The notes beneath the pieces were generated by a model. It made no database searches. It was not told the origin of the DNA and was given only the letters and a program-made list of their open reading frames with translations. A program made the translations under genes and the position numbers. From a virus, in the IMG/VR virus record IMGVR_UViG_3300020029_000055, positions 1 to 6,023 of that record: 6,023 nucleotides of DNA; one strand, given 5' to 3'. The stretch's first letter is position 1; the number at the start of each line of letters is the position of its first letter. Positions 1 to 5,459 of the stretch are shown here, in pieces.

Positions 1-121
1 AACTGCTCTTGATGCCATGGGTGTCAACTCAACTATTGAACGCAACAAGGCCGCCGCTAACCGTGATGATGCCGAGGCTGCAAATATTCGTAGTAATACT
101 TTTGAACCTGAGTTTAATAAG
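1..121. repeat. Terminal direct repeat, left copy; exact duplicate of 5903..6023 (circular-genome assembly overlap)
   Basis: A base-by-base comparison of 1..121 (aactgctcttgatgccatgg...gagtttaataag) with 5903..6023 shows identity over all 121 nt. The repeat lies at the very ends of the window. Confidence 0.98.
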
Positions 122-931
122 GCTCGTCTTGAAGCCTCTAAAGCTGTTGATGAGGCGTTGGCTAATAAGGAAATCGAGGCCGCCGCTGCACTTAAGTCTG
201 AGCGTCTTTTGAATGACCTTAATAATACCCTGCTTTCTCTTACGCTCGATGCTCGCGTCGAGGAAGTTAAGTCACTCGCTGATACAGCCAAGGAAGAATT
301 GAGTCAGCTTCGTATCCAGGGTTCGTACCTTGATCGCATGCTTAAGGCTCGAATCCTTGTTCTTGAAACCCAGGGTGCTCTTAATGAGGCTCTTTCTGGT
401 CTTACTGCTGCTAATGAGGAGGGACAACGCATCAACAATCTTGATCTTTCTAATGAGTTTGCTCGTCAATGGGATAATCGCTTCGATGTTGAGATACCAA
501 ATCCTTCCTACAGCGCCAATATTCGCTCAAAAAATCCTATTCAGCGTGGCAACCCCGGTCCTAAATCTTTTAAGATTTCCATGTCCCTCAAGGACTTTTA
601 TGACAAGACCGTGATCAATCAATCTAAAGCTTCAGAATTTCTTCCCGAAGAGGCTCGTATCGCTCTTCGTAATGCGAAACTTGATCCGTATATTGAAATC
701 TCGAAAGCCCTCGTTGGCGTTGCTGGTAGTATCGCTGGCGCTGGCATTATTCGCGGAGGGATGTCACGTGCTGCCGGCACTATCTCCGCTGGCGGTTCTT
801 CTGCCAATTCTACGGCCTCCTCTATGACTACCCGTTATGATCCCAAAGGTAATGTTGTTGGTTATGCTAAAACTGAAATGAATCGTAGTGGTTATTCAAG
901 TACGTACAATAATTCTCGTCGTTCGCGTTAA
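1..931 (+). CDS. VP2: Minor capsid / DNA pilot protein VP2, C-terminal part (continuation of 5460..6023 across the circular junction)
   Basis: The frame is open from base 2 (ACT GCT CTT GAT GCC ATG...) to TAA 929-931. The same bases at 5903.. continue in frame from an ATG at 5460, so track ORF 17..931 is only the C-terminal two thirds of a 457-aa protein (443 + 931 = 1374 nt). It has a long Ala/Glu/Leu/Asn-rich helical, coiled-coil-like stretch (EAANIRSNTFEPEFNKARLEASKAVDEALANKEIEAAAALKSERLLNDL...EELSQLRIQGSYLDRMLKARILVLETQGALNEALSGL). A Gly/Ala/Ser-rich tail follows (VGVAGSIAGAGIIRGGMSRAAGTISAGGSS). This architecture is typical of microvirus pilot proteins. Confidence 0.85.
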   Translation, partial: TALDAMGVNSTIERNKAAANRDDAEAANIRSNTFEPEFNKARLEASKAVDEALANKEIEAAAALKSERLLNDLNNTLLSLTLDARVEEVKSLADTAKEELSQLRIQGSYLDRMLKARILVLETQGALNEALSGLTAANEEGQRINNLDLSNEFARQWDNRFDVEIPNPSYSANIRSKNPIQRGNPGPKSFKISMSLKDFYDKTVINQSKASEFLPEEARIALRNAKLDPYIEISKALVGVAGSIAGAGIIRGGMSRAAGTISAGGSSANSTASSMTTRYDPKGNVVGYAKTEMNRSGYSSTYNNSRRSR

Positions 932-992
932 TTTTTTTGGAGTTTAATTTTTTTTGCTATATTTGCATTGTCAAACCAATAACCTTTATATT

Positions 993-1307
993 ATGGAAAA
1001 GTGTAAATTTGAAGCACGTGCGTTGATTATCGACGTTTTCGACTACATGTTCGTTGAATGGCTTTGTCGTCGTCGCCTTTACTCGAAATTTGTAGCAAAC
1101 CTTTCGTCTATCAAGGACAATCCAATGGCTTCTCGCGCTGCCGTTCGTGAGATTATTGTTCATACCCTGGACGCACCCAACCTTGCCTTGTCTGACGCTG
1201 TCATCTCGGCTTTCGCCTTTGAGTCTACCTCCGAAGGCCTCATTTTCTGGCTTAACGTTTCGCGAGATTGGAAAAATTTCGTTGAATCGCTTATTCATCT
1301 TATTTAA
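993..1307 (+). CDS. Hypothetical protein (104 aa from ATG 993), function unknown
   Basis: Track ORF 954..1307 begins at TTG 954, and the first ATG is at 993 (MEKCKFEARALIID...). Codon use is T-ending like the core genes. The ORF fills the gap between the VP2 stop (931) and the next ORF (1321). I recognise no family; the C-terminal FAFESTSEGLIFWLNVSRDWKNF looks motif-like but I cannot assign it. Confidence 0.6.
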   Translation: MEKCKFEARALIIDVFDYMFVEWLCRRRLYSKFVANLSSIKDNPMASRAAVREIIVHTLDAPNLALSDAVISAFAFESTSEGLIFWLNVSRDWKNFVESLIHLI

Positions 1308-1320
1308 TTCGTTTTTTGCT

Positions 1321-1644
1321 ATGACACAGATTCACCTTGTTATTCGTCGCATCAATCCCGCCCTTAAGATCGACTTTGTCCAGATTGGACGTCTAGAAGG
1401 CGGACAGTTCACTTCATTGCCTGTCGATGTTCTCGAAGGTACTCCCGTTCGTTCTTTTCTGAAGAGTTCGAATATCTCTGAGTCGCCGTACCTCGACCAT
1501 GAGAGTATCCCCCATCTTGTTTCAGCTCTTTGTCCCTTCCCTGGCTTTAGTATTGATTATTTTGACAATACTCTGATTCTCGTATTTGACCTTAATATTG
1601 ATTCCCATGAAGTCGCGTCGAAAGAAGAAGGGGAAGGGAACTAA
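1321..1644 (+). CDS. Hypothetical protein (107 aa from ATG 1321), function unknown
   Basis: Track ORF 1147..1644 overlaps the previous ORF. The in-frame ATG at 1321 (MTQIHLVIRRINPALKIDF...) lies 13 nt after the preceding stop, matching the compact packing. The ORF ends at TAA 1642-1644, 46 nt upstream of the terminator hairpin, and has an acidic C-terminus (SHEVASKEEGEGN). Confidence 0.6.
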   Translation: MTQIHLVIRRINPALKIDFVQIGRLEGGQFTSLPVDVLEGTPVRSFLKSSNISESPYLDHESIPHLVSALCPFPGFSIDYFDNTLILVFDLNIDSHEVASKEEGEGN

Positions 1645-1690
1645 GGTAGTTACCCGCCCGCTTGGTGGAAGAGTTCTTTAACTCATTAAT

Positions 1691-1725
1691 CCTGCGGGAG
1701 AAAAATCTCTCGCAGGTTTTTTTTT
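1691..1725 (+). terminator. Rho-independent (intrinsic) terminator hairpin plus T-tract
   Basis: CCTGCGGGAGA (1691-1701), loop AAAA, TCTCTCGCAGG (1706-1716) form an 11-bp stem with one G.U pair. Nine consecutive T (1717-1725) follow directly. The element lies in a non-coding gap after the 1321..1644 ORF. A smaller hairpin, GAGTT-CTTT-AACTC, sits just upstream at 1671-1684. Confidence 0.75.
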
Positions 1726-1750
1726 AAACGTAGAGCGATGTTTTTGAATT

Positions 1751-1951
1751 ATGGATAATTTCGATTTTAGACCTAGATTTTCCCCTATTGTTAATAGCGT
1801 CCCTCATCGTTATTCTATTGGCGCATATCGTGGTAGAAAACGAGTTATTATCGCTTGGTTTACCGACGAAAGTCCTGCAAATGATTACCTTGCTCGTTGT
1901 CGTCGTACTAACCCTTATATTAAGTTTGATTGCCTTAAGAGTCTTTTTTGA
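1751..1951 (+). CDS. Small basic protein (66 aa); candidate DNA-binding/packaging protein (function inferred only)
   Basis: The ORF starts at ATG 1751, 26 nt after the terminator T-tract. Its stop, TGA 1949-1951, shares base 1951 with the Rep ATG (TGATG overlap), implying translational coupling. I count 12 Arg/Lys against 6 Asp/Glu (RGRKR, RCRR clusters). Confidence 0.55.
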   Translation: MDNFDFRPRFSPIVNSVPHRYSIGAYRGRKRVIIAWFTDESPANDYLARCRRTNPYIKFDCLKSLF

Positions 1952-3021
1952 TGGCTTGCTCTTCTCCTATATGGATACGTAATCGGCGCTATTTCGACAA
2001 GAAGAATCCTTGCCGTAATGGTTCTGATGTCGCCAAATCCGCCCTGGCTCTTCGTCCTTGGGATGTTGCCCGTCAGTGGCTAATGGTCCCGTGCGGAAAG
2101 TGCGAAGATTGCCTGCGTCGTCAGCGTAATGATTGGTTCGTGCGTTTAGAACGCGAGCTTGCTTGTTGTAAGGCTGATGGCCATCAGGCTATTTTTGTTA
2201 CAATAACAATTGCTCCAGAGTATTACAATGAAGCCTTGCTTGATCCCTCTCGATTCATCCGTCGATTCAATGAGCGTTTGCGCCACAAGCTTGGTCATTC
2301 ATTCAAGCATGCTTTTTTTCAAGAGTTCGGCACGCATCCTGAGATGGGAAACGAACCTCGATTACACTTCCATGGCTTTCTTTTCGGCACAAATGTTCTT
2401 TATAACACGATTCGTTCTGCTGTTCGAGACCTTGGCTTTGTGTGGCTTGCAAAAGCAACTCACAAGCGTGCCCGATATTGTGTCAAATATGTTACTAAAC
2501 AAATTCAGTTTAACCCCGAGGAAATCTCGGATAAATTCGTTACCTTAAATGGAAAAGTTACACCTTTGGCTATCCTCCTCCAACATCGCCGTTATACGCG
2601 AAAATTCATATCTGCTGGCGTTGGTGATTTTCTTGGTTATAAGCCTCGCCCTTCTGCCCGTACTTCGTCGTGGTCTTATTATGATATTGAGGCTTCTATC
2701 AATTACAACTACCCGATTCCTCGATACTACCATCGCTATCTTAAACCGGAAGACGAAGTTATGCGTTCGATTGCCGCTGCTGATAGTTATGCGCGTTTTA
2801 GCAGGTCTTCTCTGGTTAAGCATATTGTGTCTTTGTGTGTTAAACGGTTCGGCCTCAATTCCTCCGTATCCTGTAGAGAAACATATACGTGGGAGCAAAA
2901 GCAAATGATGCGTTTTGCTGCTTCTTCTCTCAAGATGCCTGATTTTGACCCTCCTACCTGGTTAGATTTGGATATTCTTCAGTTTTGGAGAGACCATTAT
3001 AAACTTCAACTAAACATTTAA
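1951..3021 (+). CDS. VP4: Replication initiation protein VP4 (HUH-superfamily rolling-circle endonuclease, phiX174 gene A-like)
   Basis: The track ORF starts at TTG 1948; ATG 1951 is the likely start. Cys cluster PCGKCEDC. Motif I FVTITI (nt 2194-2211). Motif II HFH in RLHFHGFLF (nt 2365-2373). Motif III with two tyrosines, YCVKYVTK (nt 2476-2499), compares with YVAKYVNK around the catalytic tyrosines of phiX174 protein A. The order and spacing of these motifs are those of microvirus Rep proteins. Confidence 0.93.
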   Translation: MACSSPIWIRNRRYFDKKNPCRNGSDVAKSALALRPWDVARQWLMVPCGKCEDCLRRQRNDWFVRLERELACCKADGHQAIFVTITIAPEYYNEALLDPSRFIRRFNERLRHKLGHSFKHAFFQEFGTHPEMGNEPRLHFHGFLFGTNVLYNTIRSAVRDLGFVWLAKATHKRARYCVKYVTKQIQFNPEEISDKFVTLNGKVTPLAILLQHRRYTRKFISAGVGDFLGYKPRPSARTSSWSYYDIEASINYNYPIPRYYHRYLKPEDEVMRSIAAADSYARFSRSSLVKHIVSLCVKRFGLNSSVSCRETYTWEQKQMMRFAASSLKMPDFDPPTWLDLDILQFWRDHYKLQLNI

Positions 3022-3024
3022 TTT

Positions 3025-4824
3025 ATGGGAAAACAACCTTTTATTTCACATGTCGTAAATGGTTACTCTCGTTATGATGTTCCTGAGAGTAAGGCCTTTA
3101 CGTGCACGCCGGGTATTCTCTATCCGGTGCGAATTGATTTTATTAACGCACGCGACCGCGTGTCTATCGAACAGGGTATTGACGTTCGCAGTAATCCTTT
3201 GGCTGTTCCGACATTTAACCCCTACACCATTCGACTTCATCGTTTCTGGGTACCTCTTCAGCTTTATCACCCTGAATTGAGGACAAATAGCAGCAAGTTT
3301 GACATGAACGATTTGAGCTTGAATTGGATTACCGCTCTTGTTGGCACCGCTGGGACTACCACTCCCAATTCCGCCCTTGGCGCTTCGCGAGCCTTTCCCA
3401 ATTCGCTTATGTCCTGGCTCCGCGTCTCCAATAAGACGTCGCTTCAGCTTTCTAATCAACCTCCTTATACCGCCAGTCTTCCTTCTAGTGCCGCGGTCAA
3501 TCAGTGGGCGAACGCTGATACGTATTTAGCCTATTGGGACATCGTCCGTAACTACTATAGCTACTCGCAGTGGTCTTTATTTTCGATCGCATGGCCTACT
3601 TCTTGGTCGATTATAGACAACTCCTATTCTTTCGCTGAATCAGCTTCGTTTTTTAAGCAAGAGTTCGCCAACCTAGAGTTTCTCGACGCTTATTTTGAGA
3701 GTCAGTTTTATCCATCGGCTGTCTCGAGTACGAACAACACTTTTAATAGAGGCAACTTGTTTTTCCAGATAATCTCTGCCCAGCTTCCTTCGGGTGGCGA
3801 ACAAAACGGCTACCCTGTTTCTGAGACGTTGCCTAGTGGTGCTAACATCGCTATCGGCAGTGGGCCTGACGGTCAGTTCTCCACTGCTGCAGGCGAGTCC
3901 TCTGTCTCTGGTATTGCGGCTTTTTTGTTTGCGCATCCTATGGCCGTTGTACCATCGAACCCCGATCGTTTCAGCCGTCTTATTCCCGTAGGTTCTTCGT
4001 CTGCTGTTTCCATGACCGGGGTAAACACTATTCCGCAGTTGGCTATTGCTTCTCGCCTTCAGGAATACAAGGATCTTCTCGGCGCCGGAGGTAATCGTTA
4101 TAGCGATTGGCTCGAGACATTCTTTGCTTCTAAGATTGAGCACGTAGACCGCCCTAAACTTCTTTTTAGTGCCTCTCAGACTGTTAATGTCCAGATTGTT
4201 TTGAACCAGGCTGGACAGAACAATTTCTCTAGCTCGGGCGTAAATGGTCCCTTGGGACAACAAGGTGGCGCTATTGCTTTCAATGATAGATTAGGCCGTC
4301 GACAGTCTTACTATTTCCGCGAACCCGGCTATATGATTGACATGCTGAGCATTCGCCCTGTTTATTTCTGGAGTGGCGTCACTCCCGATTATTTAAACTA
4401 TCAAGGGTCGGATTATTTCAATCCTATATATAATGATATTGGATATCAAGATGTTCCCGCCGCGCGGCTTTTTAGTAATGCTGCGGGCTCAAACCTTGGC
4501 CTTGCCGTTGCTTACGAGCCTTGTTTTAACGAGTTTCGTTCGTCTTATGATGAGGTATTAGGCTCTCTATCTTCGTATCCTGCCCCTACGTTAGGTGTCC
4601 CCAAAACTCTTTATTCGTATTGGGTACAGCAACGTTCGCTTGGCTTTTCGTATGTAGGCTCCGCTAGCGCCAATTATTATCCTGCGCTTTTTGTGGATAT
4701 GGCTCAGGTTAATTCACCTTTTGCCTCTAACGTAGAGGATAATTTCTTTATAAATATGTCTTACTCGGTTCAGAAGAAGAACTTGATTAATAAGACGTTT
4801 GCAACCCGTTTGTCTAATCGTTAA
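3025..4824 (+). CDS. VP1: Major capsid protein VP1 (phage F-protein family)
   Basis: This 599-aa ORF starts 3 nt after the Rep stop. The N-terminal region has the microvirus capsid pattern (TPGILYPV...RSNPLAVPTFNPYTIRLHRFWVPLQLY). Further conserved-looking blocks are AYWDIVRNYY and IPQLAIASRLQEYKDLLGAGGNRYSDWLETFF...DRPKLL. Its size and its position next to Rep fit VP1. Confidence 0.93.
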   Translation: MGKQPFISHVVNGYSRYDVPESKAFTCTPGILYPVRIDFINARDRVSIEQGIDVRSNPLAVPTFNPYTIRLHRFWVPLQLYHPELRTNSSKFDMNDLSLNWITALVGTAGTTTPNSALGASRAFPNSLMSWLRVSNKTSLQLSNQPPYTASLPSSAAVNQWANADTYLAYWDIVRNYYSYSQWSLFSIAWPTSWSIIDNSYSFAESASFFKQEFANLEFLDAYFESQFYPSAVSSTNNTFNRGNLFFQIISAQLPSGGEQNGYPVSETLPSGANIAIGSGPDGQFSTAAGESSVSGIAAFLFAHPMAVVPSNPDRFSRLIPVGSSSAVSMTGVNTIPQLAIASRLQEYKDLLGAGGNRYSDWLETFFASKIEHVDRPKLLFSASQTVNVQIVLNQAGQNNFSSSGVNGPLGQQGGAIAFNDRLGRRQSYYFREPGYMIDMLSIRPVYFWSGVTPDYLNYQGSDYFNPIYNDIGYQDVPAARLFSNAAGSNLGLAVAYEPCFNEFRSSYDEVLGSLSSYPAPTLGVPKTLYSYWVQQRSLGFSYVGSASANYYPALFVDMAQVNSPFASNVEDNFFINMSYSVQKKNLINKTFATRLSNR

Positions 4825-4836
4825 TTTACTGAATTT

Positions 4837-5133
4837 ATGGCACTTGATTGGTTACTTGAAGACATTCCCGCTTACGTTTCTCGCGGTCAGCGAATCATGT
4901 CTGTCCTTGATGGCACTGGATCTGTCGACGTTTTGCCTGGTCGCCCAGATGTGGTGGCTCAGCCCTCTGACTTCGATAAGGGCGAAAAGTTCAACCCCGA
5001 GATCGACTTTGACCCTAATTCCTTCTCCCGTATGGATAAGTTCGATGGTCTCGAGGTTGGTCAGGAACTTATTGATTCGGAGTTAGATAGATCGAATCCC
5101 GCTTCTAAACCCGCTAAGTCTGAAGAAAAATAG
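4837..5133 (+). CDS. Small acidic protein (98 aa), function unknown; possibly scaffolding-like (weak inference)
   Basis: ATG 4837 lies 12 nt after the VP1 stop, and the ORF ends at TAG 5131-5133. By my count there are 21 Asp/Glu against 11 Arg/Lys, with repeated DFD/KFD/KFN elements (SDFDKGEKFNPEIDFDPNSFSRMDKFDGLE). Codon use is the same T-ending pattern as the core genes. Confidence 0.6.
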   Translation: MALDWLLEDIPAYVSRGQRIMSVLDGTGSVDVLPGRPDVVAQPSDFDKGEKFNPEIDFDPNSFSRMDKFDGLEVGQELIDSELDRSNPASKPAKSEEK

Positions 5134-5163
5134 TATATCCTTTACTTGAAGATATATGTTACG

Positions 5164-5241
5164 TGCGCGGACCCCTTCTGCGATAGTCCGTGAATCGCTG
5201 AAGGTTATTGGTAACGACTGCAGGAGAGGCCGCGCATTTTT
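5164..5241 (+). other. Nested stem-loop element in the largest intergenic gap (candidate terminator and/or ssDNA complementary-strand origin)
   Basis: The outer 7-bp GC-rich stem TGCGCGG (5164-5170) / CCGCGCA (5230-5236) is followed by TTTTT (5237-5241). Inside it is a hairpin CCTTCTGCGAT (5174-5184) / ATCGCTGAAGG (5194-5204), which pairs at 10 of 11 positions around a 9-nt loop. No ORF covers this region on the + strand. Confidence 0.5.
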
Positions 5242-5266
5242 CTATCGTTCTTTAATGTTTTAAGCT

Positions 5267-5458
5267 ATGCCTAATACTAAAACTCCCTTCTATAAGTCGA
5301 AGGCTTTTTGGACGCTTATTTCGTCTATTGTAGCTGCTCTTTCGGCTTTTTTTCTTGCTTCGTGTTCTGCACAAGCAAAGGTCGCTCGAACGGGTATTCA
5401 CATTGATACTGTTCGCGTAGATTACATTATTCGCTCGAACAATTTTTCGCTTCCGTAA
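5267..5458 (+). CDS. Small membrane protein with lipoprotein-type signal (63 aa); candidate lysis or exclusion lipoprotein
   Basis: Sequence: MPNTKTPFYKSK (basic n-region), AFWTLISSIVAALSAFFLAS (about 20 hydrophobic residues), C33. L-A-S-C fits the lipobox consensus [LVI][ASTVI][GAS]C. The predicted mature peptide is about 31 aa (CSAQAKVARTGIHIDTVRVDYIIRSNNFSLP). The stop TAA 5456-5458 lies 1 nt before the VP2 ATG. Confidence 0.6.
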   Translation: MPNTKTPFYKSKAFWTLISSIVAALSAFFLASCSAQAKVARTGIHIDTVRVDYIIRSNNFSLP

Positions 5459-5459
5459 T

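Noticed and set aside
17-19. ATG 17 as the start of a stand-alone 304-aa protein
   Set aside because: The frame is open upstream to base 2. The duplicated copy at 5919 lies in the middle of a continuous frame beginning at ATG 5460. ATG 17 is therefore an internal Met of VP2.
939-956. TTG 954 with a GGAG at 939-942 as the start of the 117-aa version of ORF 954..1307
   Set aside because: The spacer is 11 nt, which is long, and the codon is non-ATG. No other gene in this genome uses an SD sequence. ATG 993 fits the genome-wide pattern better, but the longer form cannot be excluded without proteomic or comparative data.
936-965. Bacteroides-type promoter: TTTG (936-939) and TAnnTTTG (TATATTTG, 958-965) upstream of ORF 993. 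A similar TAAGTTTG lies at 1921-1928 upstream of Rep.
   Set aside because: The same 8-mer pattern also occurs inside coding sequence (97-104, 1004-1011, 2190-2197). Several chance hits are expected in a T-rich 6-kb sequence, so the motif alone is too unspecific to call a promoter.
2682-2688. phiX174-origin-like core TGATATT inside Rep (2682-2688), and the hairpin TGATAT-TGG-ATATCA in VP1 (4434-4448), as candidate Rep nicking sites
   Set aside because: A 7-nt match and a 6-bp A/T stem are about what chance would give in a genome of this length. The nick site of non-phiX microvirus Reps is not defined, so there is nothing to compare against.
9-5086. Additional + strand ORFs from the track: 9..212, 330..614, 1788..1982, 2210..2548, 3059..3280, 3338..3529, 3794..3991, 4799..5086
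   Set aside because: All lie in the +1 frame of a well-supported gene, and most start at TTG or GTG rather than ATG. Their Leu/Phe/Ile/Val-rich products are what T-rich third codon positions produce in the shifted frame. I have no independent support for them. Only the ATG-initiated 2549..2908 is kept, as a low-priority finding.
5134-5156. Hairpin TATATC (5134-5139) / GATATA (5151-5156) right after the 4837..5133 stop
   Set aside because: It is only 6 A/T-rich base pairs with an 11-nt loop, so it is thermodynamically weak and not distinguishable from chance.
5164-5236. tRNA-like element: 73 nt closed by a 7-bp acceptor-like stem
   Set aside because: The interior does not fold as a cloverleaf on either strand. 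There is no D-loop GG, no T-loop TTCRA, and no properly placed 5-bp anticodon or T stems. Instead there is one long imperfect hairpin plus unpaired sequence.
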